The notes under the pieces were generated by a model that saw only the letters and a program-made list of their open reading frames with translations, did no database searches and was not told the DNA's origin. Both the position numbers and the translations under genes were made by a program. Below are positions 14,601-27,739 of a DNA stretch of 64,000 nucleotides, piece by piece. This stretch comes from Klebsormidium nitens (Eukaryota; Plantae; Klebsormidiophyceae): positions 1 through 64,000 of the forward strand of contig DF237303.1 in assembly GCA_000708835.1 (NCBI GenBank), read 5' to 3'. The stretch's first letter is position 1, and each line of letters begins with the position of its first letter.

Positions 14601-16807
14601 CTGGGATTTTCGAGGTGAGGTCTTTCAGGATTAGGTCTCCGTCCTCTAATCTTTCAGTTCAAATACACGCTCGTACGTTTGTTTTCGCTTGATTTCCTAC
14701 TGTTTCCTACTTTTTCTACCACACACTTCATCACAGCGTTCGTTCCAGTTCAGAGGTCGGTAGATGGGCTCTCAGCCTTGTCAGTTGAGGCAGCACCAAA
14801 GGGCACGTCCCCTTCCCAACGAGTTTTCGCCATGATGATTACGAAATGTTTCCATAAACCTTACGCAGGACGTGAGGCAGTATGTCCACCCCAGGCGGAG
14901 ATTGTTGACATTTTCGATAATAAACTGTCTTTGTACTTTTGGAACTCGAGTTTCTCCCCCCCCCCAACTCGTGCCAGGAGTGGGCGAGCTCAAAGGAGCT
15001 GAACCCTCGACAAGACGAAAGTGAGCAGTGGTTCCCACCATGGAGAGTCCCGTACCCTAATAATTGCTGAGGAATCTCATCATTCCTGGCCACCTGACAC
15101 ACTCTCTGGAGGCACACTTTGCCAGGAGAGCCTCTGAGAAGCCCTCAGGCCGCGAAGTGCGAGTATGGGTCCAGCATCCGGGTTGAGGAGGGGCCTTCTG
15201 GAATTGGATCTTAGCATTTGACAGACTGTGCCCTGAACCCTTTTCAATACCCATCAGGTGCACCAAAGTAGTTGTGGCCCCGGCTCACAACAAGTTTGGA
15301 AGGAGGACCGGCCAGAGTGCCGGCACGCCGGCTGCTTTGTGTTGCACCGTACTTACCACCGTAGCATTGGCCAGAACATGACAAACATAGGCCGGGCCAG
15401 GCTTTGTAATGACAGTTTTTTCAGTGGCCTGCTGCTGGCTGTTGCAGATCAATGATGTGAAGGGCAGAAGCGGGACTCACTCGAGTTTGTGGCGTCGACT
15501 GCTGCCCCCAAATTCAGCAGCAGATCGACCACAGCGTCGTGCCCGCTGCTGGCCGCCGAGATGAGCGGCGTCCAGCCGTCTTCGTCGGACACCGACACAT
15601 CGGCCCCGCCGGCGCTAACAAACAGGTTTATCAACTGCAACACACAGTGTAAGGTCAATGATCAGTATGATGTCTAACCTTATAACGAACAAATTCCAGG
15701 ATGGCTGGATGAAGTCAAGAGCCTGGAAATTGTCTAGATCAACCAACCCGAGCTTCAGAACAAAGCAAATGTATAGCCACAGTGTTTAGAGGTTTTTTGA
15801 AGGAGCAACAAGCCTAATGATCCCCGAAGAGGATTAGCAGAAGCCTAATGCCAGTTTAACATGTGCCTGTCAAGTTGCCAAGGTTTTGCCGGCAGACGTC
15901 TAAACCTGGATAACAGGGAAGGCCCAAAGGCAGTCAGAGCATGTAATAAATGATGCCGCTAGAAGGAACCATTTGAAACTTCTATACAGCTTCACTCACA
16001 CTTACCACTAACTCAGAAAAGGCAAGTTCCAGAGAGAGTCCTTGACGACTCTTTATTTTGACATTGCTCATCTGAAACATCTAGTCTGACAGGAATCAGG
16101 ATGCATCACGAGGTTAGAACAATGCTGAGTGGCACCAACAGTTCCTGAGCTCCCATGTTAGGACATTGAAGATGAAACACTTTGGGGGCGAAAACTGGCT
16201 GCCTTGAGCCGCAGCAGTGATCATCTCATTCAAATGTGCAGCTAATGAATGGGGCAATCCTTGTGACAGACGGTTGCAAAGTGAGGGCCTCTGATTGGCC
16301 GCCCTATATTGAAGGTATTTTGCCCTTGACCTAGTTGCGCTGCCCGCTCGGCGCACCACCACTGATCGCACTTGCAACAACGGAGAGAAGAGGAAAGAGG
16401 AAAGTAGCTATGACCATTCTCAAGATGACCTAACAGCTATCCATAAACCTTGTGGCACTAGTGCAACCAGGCGGTCTTTCAAGAGAATCTTTCAAAAGTG
16501 GCTTGGGCTTTTATAATGGTGAGTCAGCAGCAGCAATCTCTCTCGCTGCGCAGTGATCACCTTCTCGGGGAACAATCAACACGAATTGTGTGGCCCAAAC
16601 CAGATAAAGGCGACGTATTCGAACTGAATTGCTCACGTTTGCATGCCCTCCTGCTGCTGCACAATGTAGCACAGTGCGTTCATCGTCGTCTCTGCTTCTG
16701 CATACTTTGCTGAGCTCAGAAGACGTCAAGGATGCAAAAAACTGCTGGTCCCCCTTCGTGGCGGCTTCGAATGGGGGCCCCTGCCCCTCAAACAGAGCTG
16801 CAGACAT
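11629..16807 (-). CDS. PSMD10: Ankyrin-repeat protein, gankyrin/26S proteasome non-ATPase regulatory subunit 10-like, 5 exons, ~242 aa
   Basis: Exons 16637-16807, 15481-15634, 14298-14395, 12853-13002, 11629-11784 (729 nt, GT-AG, in frame). Successive ANK repeats: [77 protein letters not shown]. This order matches plant gankyrin-like proteins as recalled. Confidence 0.85.
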
Positions 16808-18478
16808 TGTGAGGACACTGACCAGCGCAGATTCGGAGGGGACGTCTGTTGCAGCAATGTGGCCACCATTGTTGCCATGGCGGTTGAGTCATCTGTCCAA
16901 GTTAAACTCGATCAATCCCTGAATAAAAATGTCGGAAAGCTGTGCAATATCCTGTGCGAAATATGCGGGCGGTGCATCAGGTTTGGCGACCAGGAGCTTT
17001 CAAGACGCCCCGGTTTTAAAGTTTCTCCCGTTATAGCAGCATCCCCCAGTGTCGATTCGTCGCTGCTTCCTGCGTATTCCGGCCATCGACCGCGTGGCGT
17101 TAAGTAATACATTTATGCAGATATTGCAGAGGCGCAGAGTCTGACCGAGGGATCAATTAGAGTATTAAAGAGGCATAAAAGCAGATAAGAATGGTGTATA
17201 CGACTGAGATTGCTGACATAGGACAATCGCAGAGTCTCTGCCACTAGGCCATGGCAATGATTGATAGTGGTATATGCTTGCCTCTCATACGATCTCGAGA
17301 GCACGTGCTTATACGTCGCGTGTGAAGGAAGAAGGTGCTCTTCGAAAAGAGGTTGCAAGCGCGCCAGATGTCGAAATGCAAGCAAGGGGAGATCTTCAGC
17401 TGCTGCCCCGCCATGGAACATCCTTGGACCTGGGAGGCGCTCTAACAGTAAGGGACTCCCTGCTTCCTTGCAGCCTTATCCAAAGGGTTTCCCTTAGGCT
17501 CGAGCGCTTCTTTTTCCAGAATTCGCTCGAGCTTAAGGTTTGTCGCAGTGGGCGAATCTCGCGGCGCGCGTCCTCTCTGGGGAAAGTTGCATCTTTGATG
17601 CCGACGTGTTGGTTCTTGAGGGTTCCAAATCAAAGAGCTCCTGAGGGCCTTATAACATATCGTCACTCACTGCAGCACGCCAGGGGGCCAGAATCTTTTT
17701 GTGGAGCAATATGCGGTAAAAGTTACTCTCTAGCTCGGTCCTTGTGTCAGCAACACCCAGAATGTGGGGGCCAGCATCGAAAGCATTGACATTGAGGACC
17801 CCGTGCTCTTGATTTGCCCAGCATTTGTGTTGAGGGGGGACTGGTCTGCGTCCTCTAGCATCAGCCTGTTCTGATTGGGCTTGGGCAAACGCCGCCATGG
17901 GGAGCGGCTCACAAATCCCTACTCCTTGGCTCCTTGACATATAGTCCTTCTGGACCTTCAATTGAAGTTGGCAACAGCGCAGACGGGTCAGGAATCGGAA
18001 GCTGGCGTTTGTGAGTTGAAGAGCGTCATGAGAGAGCTGCCATGAGGCAAGGAGAGATGAGGTGTCCTTCACAGTCCTCAGGGAGGGGTTGGACTGCAGG
18101 GAGACGCACGCAGAACACGTTCTTTGACGTTTTCTGAGCTCCGGCTTCGAGGGGGGGCAAGTGCCTCCTCAGGCAAGTGTTCGGGGGTGGGCTGGTTATA
18201 AGCAACCTATCCAGGGTAGCTCGGGGGACTTTTGCTGGAGAGCACGGCAGCTTGACACAATGCAGGGTTGCATGAATTACAGACTTGGGGGTCTCTTTGC
18301 CGCCTTCAAGACCTGTCTGCAGTGGTGGGGGGCCTCACAGCCTGCCCCGGTATGCCTCTCAAGCGCAGAGGCATGTTGCGCGTCTCTTTAGAAAGCGCCT
18401 GCAACTAGAAAGCGCCTGGCATGCGAGGTGCGCGCGTTATCGACCTCTGATCGAGCCCCAGTCCATTGCAAATCCACA

Positions 18479-21400
18479 ATGGGTCCGCCAGCGGAAGCTT
18501 TGCCTGTAGGGCCATCCAACTTCAGTCCAATTTCACCGGAGTCAAATGGACCTCAGGCCGGGTGGACAAATGAGGTTCCAAAGAGTGCACTTGCGATGCT
18601 TCCGGGGCCGTCCCTGCCGTCGCTGCCTGCTGGGGCGCACAAGGAGATTCTGCAGCTCATTGCGGGGTACCTTGAGGTTTGGGGGTTGAGCTTCAAGATT
18701 GAGAAGAAAAGCGTGGGGAAGGATGCGGCAAGAGACCAGAGCGAGCGTCAGAGACTGGGAGAGCTGATTTTGGACGGGAAGTGGACGGAGGCACTGCAAG
18801 CGCTGGAAGCTTTACAGGTAACCAGCTCAGGAATTAGCTTGCACCTTCTATGGGGCAGAGGGGCAGGATGAGAAGCTTTTGAAGCCACCATTTCTAGTGG
18901 CATCAGAAACTTTGAGCTCGATCTTTGCGACCTAAACTTGTCCTTTGGGTTTAGCTCCCAGGTGACCTCCCAGGTGCTTCGCCAGACAAACCCTAGTGTT
19001 GCAAATGTAAAGTTCCTGAGGTTGTGAAGCAAATGACTCATGATGTCTGTGCATCAATTGAGTGCCCTGCAATTGGAATCGGTTTGGCTACGGCGAGGCC
19101 TCTGGCATTGCTTTCAGATAATGCCCCCTTGGAGGAACATAGGAGGTCTGCATCATACTCAGTTGTCAGCCTGGCAACCAGGGAGACTTTGGTAGTTTGG
19201 TGTTGATGTTTTCGCACATTTGAGGTCGTCACGCATGAAGCGGTCAGCTCATAAGCGCTTCGCGCAAGAGACATTATCCCTGAAATGAACCGGAGTCTGA
19301 CCATAAATGTTACAAAGAAGGAACAGCCAGGTCGTTGGAATTTTCAATCGGGAACAGGCCACAGCTTCTCCACTTTACCTTACCCGCTGTTGCATCTGCG
19401 TGTGTGCAGCTTGGGTCACAGTGTGCGCCCCTGGTATTCCTGCTCCGGAAGCAACAGCTGCTGGAGTGCATCAACGATCGTGCACAAAAGGTGAGGCTGT
19501 GGCGCGCGTATGCTCAACGGCTTGCACAAGCAAACCTTGCACATGTTGCACCCCTGGCTGGGTGGTCTCTTCACTTTGCTTTGCTTCGATTATGATGGCC
19601 CGTTTCAGGAACCAGTCACTTTGATTAATCGGTTCGTGCGTTTATGTTAGAGTAGACGCTGCACATTTGCATGTATTTGGAGGAGAAGATATTCTTATCC
19701 AGGTTTGCCCGCCAAGGCATGGCCTGCGCCCACTCACAAGGAGCAGTTCCTAGAACGAACGACCGTAACATCCATTATGTCCCTGTTCTCCTTCTCCCAT
19801 CGCTCATGAAAGGGGAAGATCGAAACTGGTTCAGATTCCTGCGTTCCCTGTCTGTTCTTCCCAGGCGGGCGATAGTCCGCAGCTTGCGGATGCGGTGGCT
19901 GACTCTCTGGCAGCCCTCCAGGGGCTGTCCTCGGAGCAGGAGTTTGACGAGCTGCGCTCTTTGGCATCAGCTGTGGTGAGGATCGAGCCAGGCTCATCTA
20001 GATCTGTTCCAATCAGAGACGAGCTTCCAAATGAGCTGTCGTAGCGGGTTTTCTTGTCTGGACGAAGTAAGGACGAGTTGCGCCGCGTTTGTACTTTCAG
20101 CGCGTCCATCTTGTTCATCCAAGTCTCTCGTTTTGAGGTATCAATGGTTGTGTTTGGTAACCCACGCAGATTTTCAGGAACGCTTTTCAGCTGGTTTGCG
20201 GATCCATCTGGCCTCTGCCTCCTGAACTGGACAATAATCGAACCGTGCTTTTTTCCTCCACAGGATCTTCACGATCTTCCCGCCTACGCGGACTGGACTG
20301 TTGCAAGCGGCCGACAAGAGTGCGCCCAAGCCCTTCTAAACATCCCGACCCTCCAGGCCTTTGACACAGCCGGGACAGCTCCGGCCCCTTTCGAGGTTGT
20401 TCCTCCAGGAGCAGTGTCAACAGAGAGCCGGCTCGAGGAACTCCTGCGGCAGGCGCTCGCTTTCCAAGCTGTGAGAGCGGGGGTCTCTGTCGAGTCTGCA
20501 GAACTGCTGAGCAGGGAAGCGGGGGAGAATGGGCACCGGTCGCCATCTGTTAGCAGCGAGCAAGCTGTGGGAAGCATCGTGACGGGGCTCAAGATTGAAG
20601 TGGGGGGGCAGGACCTGGAATCCAGCAGTGCGGGGAGCTCCTTTGAAGGCAACGGCGTTTACACTCCCACTGGCAGCACGCCGGAAGAGGAGAAAGCAAA
20701 GGGCGGCGAGAATGGCATCAGCGTGCCCCTCCTTGCTGACCTCAGCGTGATCTCAGCAAACGGGCAGAGCTCGGGGGAGGTCACGCCGGGAGGGTCTGCG
20801 TTCACACTGCTGCGCGACGTCGACTGGGGTCTGGCGGCGCAGCGTGACCCGTTCGATGTGGGAATGCCCTCAGGAATGGCCTTCAGAAGGACGTTCATGG
20901 AGGACTCGTTGCTGCGCCCCACTGACGCGCCCCTGTCGCGAGCAACTAGCATGGGGGGGCAGGAACCTAACTCTGCGGCAGGGGATCTAGCACTGCCGGT
21001 TGTGCCGCGAGTGAAGGCGAAAGTCCACGCCGAAAAGAAGAGCGACGACGAGGGGCCTGGTTTGCGCCTGACATATCCAAACAAGCCAATGAATGGATTG
21101 AGTGACAACGAGGGAGGGGGGAGAGAGAAGCCTAGGAGGGAAGGGGGGGGGGGGAAAAGCGGCAGGGCCATGGGGCGTGACAGTGTCGAGCCTGGCGAGC
21201 GGAGAGGGGAGGAGCGGCTTGAGAGGGAAGACTCGTCCAAGCAGTGGGCGCGAGCCAAGTCCGAGGAACCAGACGCGGGCGTCTCCGGCCGGGTCGTCGA
21301 GCCCGAAGCGAGGCCCGAGACTAAGCCCCGCCGTGCAAGTCCCCCCCTAGAAGAGAGGTTTGGGCCAACGATCATGGTGACCAGCAAACCCCCCCGCTCG

Positions 21401-24400
21401 AGCAACCCCGCTGCCGCTAAGCCGTCTCCCGCTGCATCCCCCCGGATAAGCGAAGGGCTACGGGCGTCTGCGCCGGCCTCCCCGAACAAGGGCAAAATAC
21501 CCCCTTGGAACGTAGACGAGGGGGGGTCGCGAAAGGGCACGCCAAAAGGGTCGTGGTCCAATCCGCCGTCGCCGCATGGGGAGGGGGTAGACCCCGACGA
21601 ATACGACAAGGACGTGCGTGCACAGTATGAGCAAGTCAAGGCGCTATTTGAGGCGGAGAGGGCGGCGAGGGGCGACTACCGAGGGGAGCGGTATGAGGAG
21701 GTGGGGGCGAAGTACGACCTGGGGAATGAGCGGAAAGGAGGCGATGCAGACCGGAGCCGGTCTATGGAACGGGAAGTGTCTGGAGAACGGTCGTTGCACC
21801 ATTCGAAGAGCGGGCCCCTGAGCATAGAATCCGAAGCCTCCAGAATACGGGTGTCGTTAGGCAGCGACCGAGTCCCCTCCCCCCGCCCCGCCAAGACGTC
21901 TCCACGTAAACCGTCATCTAAAACGCAGGACTACGGGTCACCCTCGATCTCCCCGTCCAAGCACCGGAGGTCCAGCTCCGCGGAGAAGCTGCACGAGGCG
22001 GCGGAACGGGTGCCGCTGCCGCGCGCGGAGAAACTAGAGCGGCCCATCTCGCGCTCGGGCCCGCTGGAGCGTGTGCCGAGCCCGGTGCCGAAAGCGGGCG
22101 CGTTCAGTTCTGCGGCCAGCACGCCAAAGGGCATCACGCGCAGTCCGTCGTTTATACGGAGGGCGAGCCAAGCAGGGCGGGCGTACAGGTGACTTTACAA
22201 ACTCTTTCTGTTTTGGATTGTTGTCTGCTTGACTATGAAAGACGCTTTCTCCTCCTGGTAGCTCAAGCGTTGCTTGATGCGGACCTTTATGAAAATCCAT
22301 TGAACATTTCTGAATTGAGACCCTCAAGTGCACAGCTGGCAGCGTAAGACTTCGAGCCATAAAGGATCTGAACAAGTCGCTCTTGGATTCTGATCTAAGG
22401 AGTGTGCAGATGTCGAGACCGACGAACTGTCTTCGGGAATCCGACTGTATGAAAAGGGTGGTAAGATGGAGAAACAGGGAGATGCTTCCAAAGTACAGGC
22501 ATTCAAGACTCTGTAAGCTGTGCATGGTTGTGTGTATCCTGGACAAGGAGAAGATGGGGCATCGTGCCTCATGTAGATGAGTACGCAAAGTACAAATGTT
22601 CATTAAAACATACTCCCGACGCATGGGTATCAACAACAAAGCAATACAGCTTACCCATACCAACCCTCATGGTTTTCCTTGCAGTAACCTGGATCCAACG
22701 GCGGGCTTCGCTTCTGCGACGGTGCTCAAGGACACGCAGCCAGTGAGGACGGTGGCCTGGGACCGGGATGGCAACTTCCTGGCCGTCGGATCGAACTCGC
22801 GGACGCTCAGGATCTGCCACGTGTGGGGGGTCACGGGGGAAGAGCCGGGCAGCAGGAGCAGCAGGGAGCACGCAAAAGCAGGTCAGCCCCAGCCCGGTCG
22901 GATAAGAGTCTGAACTTCAAAACGTGTGCATCGAAAACTGCCACGTTGTTCACTCTTCGACTAAGATCGTCGAATGCTGATTTTCCCCCCAAGGGAAACC
23001 ATGATTCATCCACCTGGTAGCTTGCTCGAGTGTCAACACTGCGTTGAACAGCATATCACACCGATTTTGGCGGAGGCACTGAGAGATTTTTATGGCAGGT
23101 TTTGAACCAGTATTTTCATGTGAGTCGTGATTCAAGCCAGGACCGCCGTTGACTGTAGGTGTCCCCGGCGCCAAGGTGGTTGTCGAAGAGCGCGACTGGC
23201 ACATGGGCAGTGTCTATACCGTCGGCTGGAACTGCACGGGCGGCCTCGTGGCCACCGGCAGCAACGACCAGACGCTCAAGGTCGCGTCGGTGCAGCGCGC
23301 CAAAGGCGAGGACTACGGGAACCTGTACTTCGGCATTGCGGGCCCAGACGACATCGGGGAGTGCACCTTCGAGGGCCACGATGGCACCATCCGCGATCTG
23401 GCGTTCAGTCCTGTTGCAGAGAGCATGGTCTTGTCGGGTGAGGGGCGCTGTTGCGTGGACGTATACCTGTCCGTTTCACTGATTGTTGCTTTCGCAACCC
23501 AAGCACGATTGGTCGTTTGGCGTTTGCTCCCTCCGTTTTCGTGCCATGATGGGGCTCAGGCGTTGATCTGCTAGCATCATTTGATTCTTTGATCTGCTTG
23601 AACAAGTGATTCGTGGCAAGAGCCTCATTTGTAAGCGGCAGTCCTCTCTATCTGACTTCCTTAAGGCCAGCACCACTTTTTCGTCAGCCGCTTTTAGTGC
23701 CTGGTATGTCGAAGCAAAATAGTCTAGCTCACGTTTAAGATTCAGGCGATTGCCAGGATTGCGTTGCACAGGCGAATTCATAGACGACAAAGTTTGGATT
23801 CCATCTTTCTTTTAGAGAACCTTGGCTTTCATTCGTCCTATCGAGTCAGCATCCTTTTCAGCATGTCATCACTCCTTACGTGCAGGGTCTTCCGTTCTTT
23901 CTTGCGTTCTTCTTTGATCGGGACCCACAGTGAAATCGCTCGCATTTTACCGGATCCCCATCTCATGCAATGCTGACGTCATGCAGGCGGAGCGGGCGAC
24001 TTCGGCATGCGGTACTGGGACTGCGAGAGCGGGACGGTGGTGTGCACTCTGTGGGGCAGCGCCGCGGCCATCTTTGCGATGCGCATCGCGCCCGACGGGA
24101 GGACCGTCGTCACAGGGGGGGGCGAGACTACCTGCCGCGTCTGGGACCTGCGCACTGCAAGCTGCGTGCGCACGTTTGGACAGTACAACTCGCAGGTGAG
24201 CCGGAAAATGGGAACCTTCCGAGCCCAAAGAGTGTGTTTTGGATTGATTGGGAACTCCTTTATTGGTTTTGCTATCTAGAGACGACGACGACCGTTTTTG
24301 GAAGAAACTCGGTTGTTTTGACATGTTTCTGAACCCTCTGGTCCTGTGAAGGGCAAGGCGCAGGTAAGCTGCGGGACGGGGAGATTGTCACTTTGTGGGG

Positions 24401-25874
24401 CAGTGCCCTTAATGAATCGGAGAGTTGTCATCGAAGACAACAACGCAAGACACTTGATGTTCTGACGATATGTCCGCAAACCATTTGTCCTGTGACTACA
24501 CCGTGCAGATGAGTCACGGGATAGGGCATCGTCGCTCTCAAAAAACGTGCTCGTTTACGTTTAAATATCATGTTGTTTCTGACGGCGACGATGTTTCGCA
24601 CGAAGCTTGGTGATTGGACGACGTGCCCTTACATCCTGTAAGGATGAATTTTTGAGGCTCGACAAATTACGTTCAGGTCCTCCAGTCGAGATCCTGTACA
24701 GCCTTCGTGATTTGATCTTTACACGCTCTTCGAAAAGACTTGCTTCGCAGGGCTTCGCAGGAGAACCAGGAGCCTCTCTTGGTGCAAATGACGAGCTTGG
24801 GCCCAGGGTGGGGCTCTTCTTGACGAAGTTAATGGAGCACAGCCTTCGTCACTCAGTCTGAGCTCATACACTTTTCTGAAAGACAATCGGATAACCGGAA
24901 CCGTCTTCTGGTGCAGGTGTCGAGCTTGGCCCTCGGATGGGACTCCCCTGGCGGCCCGCAGGTCATTGCCGGTTTCGCTGGCGGAGTATGCCGGGTCGTC
25001 GACTTTGCGAGCGGAAAGGAGACCCGCAAGTTGACGCACCACACAGCAGACTGCCGTAGCGTCGACGTGTCACCAGGTGCGGGCAATAAGGCTTCCCAGA
25101 AGCATTTTAGCAAATTTGTGTCGTCTCCCGCTGAGCTGTCTTTTGCCGGCAGAACATCCCAGCTAGTGCTCGCCAGATAAGTCACAGTGCGCTTCTGCCA
25201 TGCACAATAAGAGGGCATAAAGGCATCCTTGACTAGCTACCTCTCCTGAAGAAGTTCGTCTTTGTTCGGCAATCTGTCCTTCCCAAATGAATCACCCTTT
25301 ACCGTCGTTCGGCAGGCGGTCGGTGGCTGTTAACGGGCGGCTTCGACGGCAGCATCGGCATCGTGGACGCGCGCACCGGGTGGCGCGTAGCGGGCGTGTA
25401 CCGGGCGCACGGCGATAAGGTGCGAGGCGGCCTGCAATTCACTTTCTTGGCTCAAGCTCAGACAATCAAAAAGTGCCTGCAACGGATTGTCCACTCACTT
25501 TGACTTGTGGCTACTGAGGAATGAGTTTTGGAGCTTACTTGCGCTTCTGCGTCGTCTGAATCACCGGAGTCATTGATAGTTTCCGAGGGCTGTTTGGCAA
25601 TCAGAGCGTTGGAACGTCCTCGTCCTGGTGCAAACCGTAGATGGTTCGAATCAGTGCAACTATCGACTTCGAGAACTGTGCTCAGGTTTGGTCTCTGTGC
25701 TATCCATCCTTCACATTTGCACTACCAGCGCTGATGTCTTTGGTGCTTGTATTTCTGTTTGTCCAGGTGATTCAATCACGCTGGCACCCGGGGGGCGTCG
25801 GCTTCGCTACCAGCAGCGCCGACCGGACTGTGCGCGTATGGGCCCCGGCCAAGCCCACCGACGATGGGGACTGA
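18479..25874 (+). CDS. WDR47: WDR47/Nemitin-like protein: LisH-CTLH N-terminus, long disordered linker, C-terminal WD40 propeller; 10 exons, ~1170 aa
   Basis: Exons 18479-18817, 19410-19490, 19865-19975, 20264-22188, 22685-22881, 23159-23437, 23987-24195, 24917-25076, 25316-25419, 25767-25874 (3513 nt, in frame). WDR47-like motifs: KDTQPVRTVAW..AVGSNSRTLRIC, HMGSVYTVGWN..ATGSNDQTLKV, HDGTIRDLAF, HGDKVIQSRWHP..TSSADRTV. CTLH-like segment ERQRLGELILDGKWTEAL. Confidence 0.88.
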
Positions 25875-26974
25875 CCGAGGTAACATTAGCTTGTGACAAC
25901 ATTGTGGAGCAACTGATGCCAATTCTCTGGAGCTGACATCAGCTTACAGAGGGTCAGCGAGTGGTTAGGTAGGGTCTGTGAGTGGGGCGGTCTCTGTGCG
26001 GCGACAAGAGTTTGAACGGGAGGGGATCCGGGAGGATGGTGGCTTGTGTTAGGTTTTCAAAAGTCTCTGTAGGGCTTTCTTTGGCGATTGGAATGTCAGC
26101 TGGGAGAGTTCCCTTGGTGCGTCCTGTGCAAATGCGCCGTAGAAGCACATCAGGAAGGTCTCTGCCTCTCCTGAGTGCAGATCTGAAAAGCACATTGGGG
26201 AGTTAGCAGTAGAGGTCTAGAGCCCGCGTGAAGCCTGTTCTGGTTCTGCTCGGCCTCGGGCTTCGTTATTGCACAATTTTGCGGCTCCTATCCGAATTCC
26301 AGTGCGCCATTGCTAGGCCGAAAATGTAGCATAAACAAATGTTGTCGATTGCTCGTGAACACGTGTGGTGAGGGAACAAGGTTATTCGGTCTAAAGCCAG
26401 CAGCCTGCGGCATCTCGTGTGGAGTGGGTGCATGCCGTTGATTGACGAACAAGAGCAAGATTGAGGCTCAATGTAGCTCTTTGAAGATTGACATTTGAGC
26501 TCGTTCCACTCATGATTTGGCTCGTGTTAAGAGTAAAAGTTGCTAGTGTAACATATCCAAAATGCTTCAGATTAAAAAGCAGCACTTATTAGGGTAGACC
26601 ATCGGACTAGCTCGTATTTAGCAAGGACTAGAGGACTTTGAGACATTCCCTTTGCAAAGCCTTTAACATCGCACGATATAATCCACGGAGCCTGGTCCCA
26701 ATTTGATTTGTCATTCATGCATACGAAATTTCTGATGCGGTGAGGTCTCAATTGACATGACCAGCGCCGATCACTTGGAGCAGCACATGATTAAGTGCAC
26801 TGGATTTTGTTCCAGCCTGAGCACCCGCAGCTTGATGGCATTCATCCTCAACCCAGAAGTTGACTTTATCGTATATATTGAGCCTCCGACGGTATTTTTC
26901 CTCGGAGGAGATGAACCATGCATGATGCATATGATTGGCAGGCGGCGGCCCCAGCCAGGCTGGCGCTGAGCCAG

Positions 26975-27308
26975 TAAGGGTAAGGTCATTTTGTAGTGGA
27001 CCCCCTATGTTCAGTCCAGAGCCCCTCGAGACCCGAACGGCCAAGCCCCCCCCCCTTCCCGCTGTCCTCCACTCAAGGATAAGCCGAGCCCCCCCCCCCT
27101 CCGGCTGTATGAATATGTGTATTTTGCGGCTATTTTGCCCCTGAAAACAGCATTTTCAGACCGATATTACAACAATTTCCGAGCCTGCGGCTCGACCATG
27201 GCGGAAACCCCGAGCCCCCCCCTCCCCCTGCCCTTAGGATTCCAAACCCCCAACCCCCCACCCTCTAACTGAACATAGGGGGTCAGCTTCAACATGACCT
27301 TACCCTTA
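26975..27308. mobile_element. Non-autonomous TIR element (MITE), ~330 bp
   Basis: 41-bp inverted repeats at 26975-27015 and 27268-27308 with 4 mismatches (taagggtaaggtcat...gaccccctatgttcagt). TA lies at both outer ends. The interior is non-coding and C-run rich. Confidence 0.8.
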
Positions 27309-27739
27309 GCCTACAAGATCGACGTATTGCGCTTAAGAACGATCGTTGGCATGCCAGCGCGGTTCCGACGTCGCTCTAGCAGACGTCCGACCCGGGCCGC
27401 ACAATGCCCTCGGCTGAGTCGCGCGCGCGCGAACACAGAAGCCGCCTTCCGTCTTCGAAAGTGACCGCGGCCGCCTGCAGAATGCCAGTGCACCGCGGCC
27501 GCGGCAGGCTCGCGCGGCGGGGCCGCCTGAGACTCGCCGGACTCTCACTCTGTTCAGCGCTAGAGCCTATACTATTACTACTACTAGGCTATAGAGGACG
27601 GTATTCCTAGCCTACCCAGGGCCATGGGCCAAACCGTAACGGCGATTAAAGCTTAGGCCTGAGAGCAGAAGGAAGCGGAATCCAGCGTGGCCTTGATATA
27701 CATGCAAGCAGACGGCGTTTTCTCTAGAGCTATTCCAGC

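Noticed and set aside
20054-20263. ORF-track start of a 712-aa ORF
   Set aside because: This part is intronic. The ORF is WDR47 exon 4, entered at the acceptor before 20264.
20659-21639. 326-aa antisense ORF, and similar mirror ORFs at 33877-34365, 51154-51693 and 43801-44106
   Set aside because: These are shadows of low-complexity, codon-biased exons on the opposite strand, with S/F/P-rich translations and no independent motif.
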